The translations under genes and the position numbers were made by a program. A stretch of 60,868 nucleotides of DNA, counting the filler, from Trichosphaerium sp. ATCC 40318 (taxonomy: Eukaryota > Protista > Tubulinea), in assembly GCA_038496445.1 (NCBI GenBank). It is 3 parts of 3 records of this genome, joined end to end, with 100 filler letters (N's around TTAATTAATTAA, not from the genome) between each part and the next. Parts side by side here need not be neighbours in the genome. Positions count along the whole stretch, not along the records: positions 1 to 20,346 come from JALMLS010000318.1; 2 more parts are not named here. One strand, 5' to 3'. The notes under the pieces are model-generated. The model searched no databases. It was given only the letters and a program-made list of their open reading frames with translations, and was not told where the DNA came from. How positions within the stretch are numbered: position 1 is the stretch's first letter; every line of letters starts with the position of its first letter. Shown here in pieces: positions 1 to 11,640 of the stretch.

Positions 1-78
1 TATTTGAGCGCAAAAATTGTTTGTTAAAATGTAGACCATTAATGTATGTAACAATTTTTATCTCACGGTTTATAAGTT

Positions 79-3000
79 TTACATGTTAAGGTACTTTGTT
101 TTTGTGTTGTTTACAGAAAACTCCGTTGTATCCATCATTGGAACTTTTCTTCTATTGATATCAGTAAGTATTTTAATGATAGTTAGTATTATTCTATTAT
201 TGTAGTAGTACCTCTAGATTCTTTTTTAGGCATAAGATGCATCAACAGAGGAGATACAAAGTCAGTATTTACATTTTTAAAAACAATTTCAGGTCTATGA
301 TACATAATTGTTTTTGCGATCGTCTCAATATCTCCATCCCACCTAGAACGCTCTTATGTTAAAATAATGCTCAAAGGTTATACTTGTAGAAAAACAAATA
401 AGGTTGAAAGCAATGTACCAGAATGGTATAGGAACAAGTGTCAAACCTACATATCAAAAAATGAGAACTCAGCTGAACTTTTAAAAACCCTGTACCGCTG
501 TCTCTACATCTCTGAGCTTTCTCAGCGTCCCTGAATTGTACAGAGGAAGGAGACTCCATCCTCATAGCAGTAGTATAAAAATGTAATTCTCCTAAACAAG
601 TGTTAATAAGTGCCTTATAAAGTTGACAATAAGTTCTTGTTTGCCTTGATACTCCAAACAAATATCGTAGCCAGAAACAAAGACATCAACAGATATCATT
701 ACACCTCTCTGGTTTCCAACACCAATAATGTGTTCTTCATGAACTACAACATCTGGGAATAGTTGTCTTACAACGTTAAGCAGCAATCTTTAAAAAAAAG
801 TAAATAATAATTATTCAAAAAAATGGTGTGCTTACTTCTGCTTAGCCTTCTTTCCAATTAGAGGAAACTTTGACCAGTCCCACTGGAAACCTCTATCAAA
901 TTGATTGAGAATCTTAGGATAATATCCCATAAGTCCTTTAGCGCCTATGGAGCTAAGTTGAAGAACTGAAACACGATACCTAAAAAAGTAATGAACTTTC
1001 AAAAGTTTGACATGAAAAAAAACAATGTCAACAGCTTTACACCACACCTTTTCGGTGTTTGGATAAAACGTATGCTTTAGGCGTAAATGGTGTATATTGC
1101 ATTGGTCTTTAGGTATGGCTATATGTATGAAGATTTGCGTACCAATCTTCTGGTTGTTTAATGTTCAAAGTCTTTTTCGCAAACTCAAGAAAATCTTGTT
1201 GATGCTTTGTGATTTGCCAGTAACCTTTAGCCATTGGTAGTGGTCCAAATAGTTTGTCCCAGTTATATTTAGGATATAAAACGCCAAGGGATTGCTGTAA
1301 AGAACCATACCTTGCAATAGCAGTTAAACAAATAAAAGACAAAGCGAAACCAAATAACAGAAAAAAAAACACATACTTTTTAATGCTGCTCTTCGCCAAC
1401 CGGTTTACTTTTTCTGGATCGGCATTAAACCACTCTTCTAATATCTTAACATTGAGTACATTCGCTATTGAGTTAAACTGAAGTCTTTCACGGCCAAGGT
1501 AGTCATATTCTTCTTCATTTTCATCTTTTTGATAAAACTTTTTTGGTGCATTTGGATACAGCGCATCAAGCGTTTTTGCTAGCGAGTGACCGTATCTATG
1601 CTTCTATTAAAATGCCATTATACTATTCGTTATATTAAGAGTTACCTTGAAATTGCGTTGGAACCGCCTAGGCGTGTAACATCTGACCAGCTAGTGTTTA
1701 TCCAATCTGACAATAATTTCACGCCTAATGTCTCTGCTATATCCTCAAATACTTTTCTATCTTGTTCAATATCGGTAACAGGTACAATATTAAGAGATCT
1801 AAATTATCAATAAGGGATATAACTCCAAAACAAAGCCAATAAAAAACTGAAATTGACAGTATCAAAAAAACTCATTTCAGTCATGATGTAATCAGTTTTC
1901 ACACCACGTACTTGTTCTTAAACTTCCATTGTAGCCAATTATAATGCGGATAAAGAACCTCCAAGAATCGGATAAATGAGGAAAATCTAATGACATAAAA
2001 TGTTAATAATGATCGATGAAGAAAGCGAAGTTGCTCTATGCTCTTTCCAAAAATAAAATTGATAAAGCAAGGGAACATCATACTTGGTTATTAGTGGATA
2101 TCCACCGCTTTTTAATATTTCCTGATGTGTTATGTTATACCAACCACTTAAATCAGTAATACCAAGTTTCTCAGCTACATGCTCTGCAAGTTCATGTTGA
2201 TTCTTTTTATTGTTCCAAAAACCTTTATTTACAGTCGACCTAAAAAAAACACTTTAGTCAGTGATACTTATCTCAATTGCGGCATTTTATTACTTACCCT
2301 GATGATGAGGTTTTATCCACCCAATAATGGTCAGGATATATTGTCCTTAGAGCAGCAAGTAAATCCAAATCATACCTGAAACGAGACGATAAGAAAAAGA
2401 ACAAGTGTAGACAATAAAAAAGCACACTAGAAAAGTCTTGGCGGCGACTTTGCAACAAGCAACTTGAATACATAGAACCAAGGCCGTGATTGGTTATCAC
2501 CACATCGACAGCTTTCTGCTGCGCTCATAATCATGAAACAAAATTAAAGAAAAAAAGTTTCAAAATTTTTAGTAGTTGTCAAAGAAATAAACGTTGTGTA
2601 CTTTGTCATTATACCATATCCTCCATATTCTCGTATTTTATTTACAGATATACCTTGCCAATCATCAAGACATTTAACACCAATTAAACTTGCCATCTCA
2701 TCAAATTTACTCTTTTGATTTTTAACTTCATTCCAATACTGGTTTGGAACATTGTTTCTTAACAAGCGTTATCAGTATTTATTATCACGTGATTTCATGT
2801 TAAAAAAAATTAGTTGCACTAAGTAAACGTACTCGAATCTCCATGTGATCCATTTTTTCTCCGGGTATAACGCTTGAAGTGCTGATACAAGTGAATTTCT
2901 ATACCTGCGAAAAAAAACCACAAAAAGTCAGTTTATTCTACAACTATGGACTTTCAGATTTTGTAAATTGCCCCTACGAAACGACTAATACTAGTGATTT

Positions 3001-3399
3001 TATAGTATAATTTTTTGGATTGTAAGGTTCGTCTGTAAACGAGAGAGAAGTATTTTTTTGGAAAGTTTTTTTGATTTTTGACAAAAACGCACTTGTTTAA
3101 AATATGGTGGAGCTTGGTATCGTCTATTTGAACAAGCGATACTCTATTTACGCTGTACCAATCTCCTACTGTATGTACACGAAGCTGAGGTGCCACAACT
3201 GTCTCGAAGTAGAGTTTTTGCTTACTGACATTGGCTAGGCGTTGGCGCGCCTTCTTAGGTACTAAAACAGGTTTAGCAAGATGTTTATAATCGCTTTAAA
3301 CCGAAATTTGTTAAATACGCTTTAGAATGCCCTAATCGAGCGAATTTGGCGTAGAAGGGGCGTACGAGTTGAATACCAGTTGAATGCTACGTTCGTCAT
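79..3399 (-). CDS. Multi-exon ~70-aa tandem-repeat protein with C-terminal PD-(D/E)XK/RAP-like nuclease domain (copy 1)
   Basis: Exons give six repeats (YW..NQ..F....L.i....DWY......GG..ll.kY..sL..aL...YP...W) followed by ISVDVFVSGYDICLEYQG-ELHFY...RDAEK...IPFW. Start codon tentative; homopolymer indels relative to copy 2. Confidence 0.75.
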
Positions 3400-3607
3400 C
3401 AAAACTCGTTAATTCGCTTGTTGGTATACTTATATCGCGCTTTTCGACTATTTAAGAGACCATTATGGTAAATTTAAAGCGATTGGACCAATGAAGTGTC
3501 AAAAGCGTTTTAAAAAACAGACAGTCCGTTTCCTCTAACGCCAGTAGGTTATAGATCACCAAGCTCTTAAAAAGACAGTAACTTCCCTTGATGAAGCACC
3601 AACGAAC

Positions 3608-3781
3608 AAAAAGTAAGGTGATTGAGTCAGTGCAAGTCTCTGGTGTGGCTCGAAGGCAGGCGTGCCTGAAAGAACGATAGATGAGGGTTTAGAGCACACA
3701 CCATAGACAGACCACGGGGATTCTCCGATTGATTGTGAGTGGCGTCTAAACTTGCATGTTGACATGGGAGCACCCACTTTT
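3608..3781 (-). ncRNA. Unidentified ~170-nt structured RNA (copy A)
   Basis: Identical to 11467-11640; GC-rich island with paired ends, terminal T-run and ACCCACAA (3839-3846, minus strand) about 65 nt upstream. Confidence 0.65.
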
Positions 3782-4310
3782 GAGATAAAGTTGTCAATAA
3801 CTCCATTTTTGTTTACAGATTTTGTAATGAGAAAAAAATTGTGGGTTAAAAATAACGAGTTTTCAGTTAGATCTCATTATCTTTTTGTGGTTATTGTTTG
3901 AAGTAGTCTTAGGTATGAGCAATATGGTAATAGAATGGTTTTTTAAGAGATCAATTTGAACGTGGCAAAAAACGGTTCTGACTGGACGTGGTTCTTTGAA
4001 TAGCCATTGTACAATGTTTGCTGTGTTTTTGCATCCATAGGCAATAGGTCGATATGAGTAGGAGTAATTTGGGTAAAATGTTGTTACAAAGACATTACAT
4101 TGATTTGTACGCTGACCTTAATACTGGAAGAGCGCTAGAATAAAAATTTCAATTAGCTATCATTGTAAAGAAGACTCTCTAGTATGAAGAATACGGAACT
4201 GGTTTAAAGGACGTCAGGAACGGCTACTGTAATTTGTTATGAACAGTTTACTTTTACAGCCAAGCAAGGTCCTCTGTTCACTAATCTCTTATTTTTTACT
4301 GGGTTACACT

Positions 4311-6306
4311 CTAATCTACAATGCCATGTAGTCTACCAGCCCGTTGTTCAATTGTGAATGTGTATTCTTGCAAAGCGAAGACCCATCGTGCAAACTTTTG
4401 ACGGACGTGTTTGGTTGTCAATAACCATTTCAACGATTCATGGTCGGTAACAAAAATAACTTCATTACTTGCAATGTATGGACGGTAGCGTTCTGCAGCC
4501 ATGATTACTGCCAGACATTCTTTGGCTGTGGTGGAGTAGTTGCGTTGTGCTGTATTCAAACTTTTGCTGAAATATGAGATGACTGTTTCTTTTCCGTGAA
4601 TCTTCTGTGCAAGTACTGCTCCCACTCCAACGTTTGATGCATCTGTATATAATATGAAGGGCTCATTAAAATTGGGATATCCAAGAATTGGTGTATTTGT
4701 AAGAGCCTGTTTTATTTGAGAGACACTTTTATCATGTTTTGCAGTCCAGTTAAATGGCACATCGTTTTTAAGTAGTTCATATAATTCATGAACCATTTCA
4801 GTGTATGCCGGGTGAACGATCGGTAATAGTTCACTATCCCTAGGAATGATCGTAGATCTTTGACATTTGTAGGTTTTGTCATGTCGATTATTGCTGCAAT
4901 TTTGTTCTTATCTGGTTTTACTCCATTCCGCGTGACCACATGTCCTAGGTATTTGACCTCTGGAACACAGAAACTGCACTTTTTAGCATTTAGCGAGTGG
5001 CTGTACTTGTCAAATCGTTTGAATATTAACGCTAAAGCTAGTAGATGTTGTTCAAAGGTCTTTGTAAAGATAATAATATCATCAATGTAGACCAATGCAT
5101 ACTTCCATGTTAAACCATTCAATAGGACCTCCATGTATCTTTGAAAGGTTGCTGGAGCGTTGACAAGTCCAAATGGCATTCTATTAAACTCAAACAGTCC
5201 AAATTTTGTGGTAAAGGCTGTTTTCTGTTTGTCTTGTTCAGCAACCTCAATGTGCCAGTAACCGCTTGGTTGGTCCAATGTTGTAAAGTAGATAGCTCCT
5301 GCTACAGAATCTAAGGCTTCCTCCACTCGTGGGATAGGGTATGAGTCCTTTTTGGTGACTCCATTGAGTTTTCTATAATCAACACAGAATCGTAAGGTGC
5401 CATCACTTTTTGGTGCAATAACCACTGGGAATGACCACGGTGAGTTGCTTTCTCTGATTATACCATCTTCCAACATTGTGTTGATTCGTTTCCACAGATA
5501 ATCTGCTTCTGATGGTGACACGCGGTATGGTTGGCTTTTGATAGGTCTGGCACTGCCAGTTTCAATGTTATGAGCAGGCATTTGGATTTGGGGGGACGCT
5601 TCGTGTTCTTGATGAATAAATGTTTGTACTTTGCCAGAAATGATGTTAAAAGTAGTTTTTGCTCATCATTAAGACTACTGTTTGATAAATCAAACATATC
5701 TTGGATGGTTGCCATATCACTGCTGAATGTTTTAGCATCCTTCAAATCTTTTAAGATGGATTGGGCTTCTCTTAGTTCGGTGGATCGAATGGCGTTAATC
5801 CTGTCATTGTCCATCCAATTTCCTTTCGCTAGAATGAGTCCCTTTATAACGCCAGTTGGTTCATTGGAAAAGTTGGCAACTCTAATGCCTGTTTTGCCGC
5901 CTTGAACCATTACAACAGCACGTTCTACTGCTGTTCCAGACATATCTTTGAAGCGTTCACCAGCTTCAATTAACATGACTCCAGATGCTTGAGGCTGTCT
6001 AACACGAACAGGGACAAAGGTGTATGATCGTGGTTCCAGTACCACACTATGTGTAACTACCAGTGCTACGTTTGTGCCTTTCGGTAAGGATTGTATACAC
6101 TTAGTTGATGTAGCTGGATCATTGTTAAATATCAGTCGATAATTTGGTGCATCAATGGTTATTTTCATTGCTAAGATTGTATCCATGCCAATGAGGGGTT
6201 GGTCAAAGTCTTCGACAACAATGAATCGAATCCAACAATGCTTTGAACGTCCTATTTTAATTTGAAACGTTACAGTTCCCATTACTTTTAGTGGTTCATG
6301 ACTCGC
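4311..6306 (-). pseudogene. Gypsy pol remnant (protease C-part, RT, RNase H) split over three frames
   Basis: ORFs 5458-6390, 4712-5581 and 4311-4796 are collinear pieces of one pol. Confidence 0.92.
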
Positions 6307-6860
6307 TTTTTTTTTTTTTTTTTTTTTTTTAAGTCTATGGTTTTTATTGGGATGTCTCACCATCCAGTATACAACATTGATGTTTTTCAATCAGGTTTTA
6401 CAACTTTACACAACTACAATGAAATTATATTTGTGGAGCACATTTCTGTGTTAAGGGTTTGAACCTTTCCATTCCAGCACCATGTATTAATTTTTCAAAT
6501 GGCAGTCTATTTTTCTATTTGTATTTGAATCATCCATGTATGAGGGGGCTGACAACCGTATATTTTACCTTGCCTCTAGTCTGGAGATTGCTAGTTGTTT
6601 TTGTGGGTGGTCACCCAGGCACAGCATGCCTGGGCGTTCCCAAGAATCAAACCAACATCACTAGTCAATATCAACTCATTTATAAGCTTTCATTCCATCA
6701 TACCTGCCGCAACCCACTCTTTTGGGGGTTATCCGGTGGAATTTGGAATTGGCCAACAGCTTTTTTAAAATGAGAAAGAATTTTCTCTTGAAGGGACTTG
6801 AACCAGGGACTCAATCAATTTAATTAATAGGAAAACCATTTTAACTACAGGGACTGAACC
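6307..6860 (-). mobile_element. tRNA-head SINE (~550 bp) with poly(A) tail
   Basis: TSD TTCATGACTCGC(T) at 6295-6306 and 6861-6872; 24-nt poly(A) on minus (6307-6330); A-box-like TAGTTAAAATGG (6836-6847) and B-box GGTTCAAGTCC (6794-6804) at the 5' end; splits the protease and duplicates ASHE. Confidence 0.85.
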
Positions 6861-7007
6861 TTCATGACTCGCTCCTCGGAGTGTAGCTTTTGTAGGTTCT
6901 AGCTCTGTGACCTTCATTGATTTGAGCATTTTGAATGGAAAGATACTTCTGACAGCTCCTGAGTCAACAATTGTTTCTTTCGTCAAAGTAACATTTTCAT
7001 TTCTGAA

Positions 7008-7936
7008 CAGGGCTGAAACTAAATAAGGCTTTTTTTGCAAAAGCCATTTTTTTGCCACCAAATACAGCCTTATTTTTCACCAAATTGCCTTGTTTTTGCC
7101 AAAAAAAATGAGCAAATATGAGGCATTGCCTTGTAATTTTGGGCTTTGAAGCCTCATATTTGGGCCAAATAGCAAGCAACTGGTTCACTAATTAGCCTTA
7201 AAATAGCCTGCATTGTTGGTCCAATAATGCCTCATTTTTTGTGCAACAATAAGGCATTTTTGCCCTCAATTTTTGGGCATAACCCAGGCACCATATACTC
7301 ATAAAACAAGGCTTTATATAGGCATACAATAGTGATTCATTTATTAAAGTACAGTACACAAAACACAAAAAACTGCAATGTCCTCCATGTGAAAAAAAAC
7401 CTTTAGCTAGAAAAAAAAATTAACAAATTATTGGTATAATTTTCGCGGACTGGAAAAATCGTTTAAAGTACCTATACTCCTGTTGTAGGTGCATTTGGGT
7501 GCTGCGGTTCGAATGGCGGTGGTTTCGTTAGAATCCATAAAATACTAAGCGCTTGGTGACGGCGTCTATATAAAACGTCAGTAGTAAATGAAAAAAAATG
7601 TTTAGGAAGTGTTGGTGTGGTGGAGACTTACCTTAAACCAATGTATCCTTAATGTACAATGTGTACACAACCAATGCCTAATTGGTGCCTGTAAATTTAA
7701 GGCTGGCAATGCATGAAAAAACTAGGGCAGGCATTGCCTAAAAAAAACAAGGCATTGCAACAATTAAGGCATGGCCCAACAAAGCCTTATTTCAATGCCT
7801 GATTTTTGCCTTTTTTGCCATTGCCTTTGCAAAATCAGGCATTGCCATTTTTGCATGCCTGATTTTTGCCATCAATGCCTGATTTTAAAAAAATGCCTTC
7901 ATATTTAAGGCAAAGCCTTGTTTAGTTTCAGCCCTG
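7008..7936. mobile_element. Non-autonomous hAT-like element (MITE), 929 bp
   Basis: 25-bp TIRs CAGGGCTGAAACTAAAYAAGGCTTT with 1 mismatch; many subterminal AGGCA/TGCCT repeats (AATGCCTGATTTT near 7795-7885); no TSD. Confidence 0.85.
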
Positions 7937-8571
7937 CTGATGTGAAACATGGCGATTTCGGAGGCTTTTTGAACAGTGGGTGGTCTTTGTAACAACACAT
8001 ATTGAGCCAGTTCTGCTGGAACTAGCTTAATGCAAAATGCATCTCTTAAAGCAACTGGATCTGTCATGTGTGCTTCTCTTGCAGCATTGTTAAAACGGCC
8101 CATGAAGATACTAACATCTTCTCCCAGTTCCATCTTAAGAATGTTGAACTCATGCTTCTTGAGTACGGCATTCGCCTTTCGACCGTAACGCTCAAGTAAG
8201 GCTTTGATGATGATTGCGTGTGAGACGGTAGATATTCCAGAACCGTCAGCGGGTTTCACTGTTTCTAGTGCCTGGCCTATTATAAAGTTTCGAAGGACAA
8301 TTTCATATTGTCTTTCTTCCCAGTCAGAAAACTCAGAGATTGACTTCAGTTTATCCAACCAATCATCAATACTAATTTTGTCCACAACAAAGTCACCTGA
8401 AAAGGGTTTGATAGCTCCCTTTGGTACGGTCGGGTACTTAGGTGGTACAAAAATGGGGTTATTCGCTGCATCCACTGCAGGGTTCCCATTCTCAACTGCT
8501 TGAACTCTGGCTTTAAATGCCGGTGTATACGCTTCAATTGCGTCATCAATATTGTTTAATTCTTCTAACAT
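7937..8571 (-). pseudogene. Gypsy gag (capsid-like), truncated by the MITE
   Basis: PFSGD...IDDWL...FSDWE...LLERYG...GEDVSIFMGRF retrotransposon gag pattern; the last residues of the ORF come from the TIR. Confidence 0.85.
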
Positions 8572-8581
8572 CTTAACTCAA

Positions 8582-8679
8582 TTTCTTTCTCTTACTATCT
8601 TCTCTCTTTTACTCTTTCTCTCTTACTCTCTCTCTTACTCTCTCACTCTTACTCTCTCTCTCACTCTCTCTAATCTCTC
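8582..8679. repeat. CT-rich low-complexity tract in the Gypsy 5' leader
   Basis: (CT)n and CTTACT units between gag and the PBS. Confidence 0.85.
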
Positions 8680-8772
8680 CACGGACACTACAAAAATCCG
8701 GACTTAACAATACAAGGACGTACTTAAATTGACAATTAGTTTGCAGGTAAAAATTCTGGCCGTGTCGCCAAA

Positions 8773-8917
8773 TGTTATGCTGCAGAATAAAGTCAAAGCG
8801 TATTTATTTAGATTTACAGGAGTTACAAAAGGTACATATATATTTTATTTATTGTGGGATGCGTTTCTCTGAAATACTATTTGTTGAATAGTATTTACAT
8901 GAAACACGTTCATAACA
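8773..8917 (-). repeat. 5' LTR (145 bp) of the decayed Gypsy, with adjacent PBS TGGCGACACGGCC (8758-8770)
   Basis: Termini TGTTATG...CATAACA; TGG-starting PBS two nt inside; partner LTR absent. Confidence 0.75.
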
Positions 8918-9014
8918 GTCAAGTACGCAGGGTTTCGTAAAAACACGTGGTTATCGGCCAAAAATCACGTTTATTTATTAATGGATTTTAACTAGGAAAA
9001 TTCCATAGCACAAA

Positions 9015-10933
9015 ATGAAACTACTAGCGTTACTTCTATTGGCGTTGTTTGCTCTACCAACTAATTGTCAAAGTGTTATAGATACCTTGATAATAGTTGA
9101 GAGTCCTATTCGTGCTTTAGGTACAGTAGCAGGAACAACTGTTGTAAAGCAGAGTCCTGCATCTGTATCGCATTCGTCATACCTTGGAAGTCGTCTTCTA
9201 TATGCTAGAGCAGATAACGCTACTGAAGGAGAGTATGTTGAAAATATAGCTCAAATGGATAGTCTACAATGTCAGATGGGCATTGGATCTCGTGGTATTT
9301 GCGAATGGCGCTACAGTGATATTGATAAAGTAGATTTGCTCTCAACTGGCTGTGGTACGCTTATTTGAATATAATACGAGCAGTGGATGGGAGATAAGTT
9401 CAAAATAAAACACCTTTAATCGGGAAAAAACAATTCTATTTTTGTTTCTTTACCTTTACCCTCCCACTTCGTTTACTGGTTTTTAAACACAGGGTGCTTC
9501 GGATTAACAGAAGACAGTCCTGATTCGCTTCACGGACTACGAGTTACAGCTAGGAGCGGTCTAACAACAGCTGTTTCCGTTTCACCAGTGCTTACTGACC
9601 TCGATACCACACAAAGACTAGTATGTTTACCTCTTGAAGCACCCTTTAATGCACATGAATCGATAACAGATCTTATTCTGCAAGTTGATGGTACTCTTGA
9701 AGAGTCGCTTGATATGGAGTTAACTCAATTTTGTTGCCTTACGCCAACAACTGCTTGGCATACTATTGCACCAGGACCCCACAATGTCGGTATGTTTTCT
9801 CAACAAGCGCAATAGATAGGTTTGTTTAACGTCTTCTTTAGGTTCTTGTACTGACTTTAGTCTTAAAATTCGATCCTATGTTCGTCTTCCAGCTGCAAAT
9901 GAAGAGTTTACGTACTCTTTCTCTATGAACGGCTTGGGTGAGGTGAATGAAAGTTCTGTATCTTGTTCACTTGGAGTAAGTCGTACTTGCTTTTTGTGTA
10001 AGTAATTTATAAACACATAGGTATCGCATGTCGTAGGTTTAGATTCTGGCTCAATCTCTGGCGGAGGAACGATAGCTGATGGTTTTACTGGCACCTGCAA
10101 TTTCGAAGGTATCAATCAACAGCTGTTATTTTTTTACGTAAATACACACACTTATGTATTTTCTAGTATGCTGGACGACTAGTGGTATGAAAGACTTTAG
10201 CGCAAGTATCACTAGCTCTAGGATTGGTAACTCATATAACTCTAATGCTGATGTGGATCCGTGAGTAAATACAACAATCACGTGCTCTAAAATACATTTG
10301 TAGATCCAATGATCCAGATCCATACAGAAAATGTCAACCCAACACTCCTTCAACTATAACAGTACTACCTTCTGGTTCGCATAACTATAAATAGGTTCCT
10401 ATTTAATGATTGCTCCAGGCGTTGGTATTGGCGACTTTATACCTACTGATAGTGTCGTCATCCTTGACTTGGATCTTTATATTGATGGTATCTATCTTTC
10501 TTGAACAAGAACATTATTCCATTTGCTTGTAACAGTATCTAAATATTAACGTTTACCAAGGTAAAGCAAGGTTTAACAATACAATACTTCAACTATCAAA
10601 AGCGAATACTACAATACAAGTAAAGGATTGTATCGTTGGTCCATTTACAATTGATGCTAATTCAGTTCAGGTAGAACCCTTTCTTTGTATTTCTTTTACC
10701 TGTTTTCTTTATTCATACTTCTATTCAAGACAGCTTCAATATTGATATCACAGCTCAAAGGATGCGAAGAGATCACACCAAAAGTTCTCTTTAGTGAAAG
10801 CCAATGTATTGAACAAACAAGGTCTTCTACAAAGATAGCAACTACTCTCAATGTTGTTGTTGTAAAGTGTAGCAGTCGAGCGCTCACTATAGCAAGTGTC
10901 TTGATTCTATGTATGGCGTTTTTGGCATTGTAG
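9015..10933 (+). CDS. Secreted, probably GPI-anchored beta-rich surface protein (multi-exon)
   Basis: Signal peptide MKLLALLLLALFALPTNC; DUF11/Ig-like-looking segment TDFSLKI...EEFTYSFSM; hydrophobic C-terminus SSRALTIASVLILCMAFLAL; paralogue at 15359-17266. Confidence 0.8.
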
Positions 10934-11402
10934 ATTAGAGTGTAACCCAGTAAAAAATAAGAGATTAGTGAACAGAGGACCTTGCTTGGCTGTAAAAGTA
11001 AACTGTTCATAACAAATTACAGTAGCCGTTCCTGACGTCCTTTAAACCAGTTCCGTATTCTTCATACTAGAGAGTCTTCTTTACAATGATAGCTAATTGA
11101 AATTTTTATTCTAGCGCTCTTCCAGTATTAAGGTCAGCGTACAAATCAATGTAATGTCTTTGTAACAACATTTTACCCAAATTACTCCTACTCATATCGA
11201 CCTATTGCCTATGGATGCAAAAACACAGCAAACATTGTACAATGGCTATTCAAAGAACCACGTCCAGTCAGAACCGTTTTTTGCCACGTTCAAATTGATC
11301 TCTTAAAAAACCATTCTATTACCATATTGCTCATACCTAAGACTACTTCAAACAATAACCACAAAAAGATAATGAGATCTAACAGAAAACTCGGTATTTT
11401 TA

Positions 11403-11410
11403 ACCCACAA
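11403..11410 (+). promoter_or_regulatory. DUSE-like upstream element ACCCACAA
   Basis: Matches the Dictyostelium WCCCAYAA consensus at about -65 from the RNA; positionally conserved (AACCACAA, 18128-18135 minus) in the diverged paralogue. Confidence 0.55.
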
Positions 11411-11466
11411 TTTTTTTCTCATTCCAAAATCTGTAAACAAAATGGAGTTATTGACAACTTTATCTC

Positions 11467-11640
11467 AAAAGTGGGTGCTCCCATGTCAACATGCAAGTTT
11501 AGACGCCACTCACAATCAATCGGAGAATCCCCGTGGTCTGTCTATGGTGTGTGCTCTAAACCCTCATCTATCGTTCTTTCAGGCACGCCTGCCTTCGAGC
11601 CACACCAGAGACTTGCACTGACTCAATCACCTTACTTTTT
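11467..11640 (+). ncRNA. Unidentified ~170-nt structured RNA (copy A')
   Basis: Stems AGTGGGTG/CACCTTACT, GTCA/TGAC, TGCAAGTTT/AGACTTGCA, TAGACG-CCAC/GTGG-TGTCTA, TGGTGTG-GCTC/GAGC-CACACCA; ends in TTTTT; covaries with copy B. Confidence 0.7.

Larger units (their letters stand above)
1..4326. repeat. Left arm of ~4.3 kb inverted duplication (partner 10923-15240)
   Basis: Reverse complement of 10923-15240 with scattered SNPs and homopolymer indels; mirrored ORFs in the track; the arm runs to the window edge. Confidence 0.97.
4327..8917 (-). mobile_element. Decayed, 3'-truncated Ty3/Gypsy LTR retrotransposon (5' LTR, PBS, gag, PR, RT, RNase H; no integrase or 3' LTR)
   Basis: gag 7937-8571; protease IVDSGA; RT LRFCVDYRKLN and YIDDII; RNase H YTDAS...KECLA...TDHESL. 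Frameshifts near 5580 and 4810, two nested insertions, cut off at the inverted-repeat junction. Confidence 0.95.

Noticed and set aside
4235-4244. TGTTATGAAC resembling the start of the first Gypsy LTR
   Set aside because: Wrong orientation, only 10 bp, and part of the duplicated 3' flank of the surface-protein gene.
5570-5595. Programmed frameshift in the first Gypsy pol
   Set aside because: It lies between PR and RT in an element with other lesions, so decay or sequencing error is more likely.
6780-6860. Functional tRNA gene
   Set aside because: Only A/B boxes remain, there is no cloverleaf, and it is the head of a TSD-flanked SINE.
7780-7890. Short direct repeats as a CRISPR-like array
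   Set aside because: Irregular subterminal repeats of a hAT MITE, with no unique spacers or cas genes.
8852-8859. Other WCCCAYAA matches (LTR 8852, SINE 6601, 55681)
   Set aside because: Several chance hits are expected in 60 kb, and no structured RNA follows at the right spacing.
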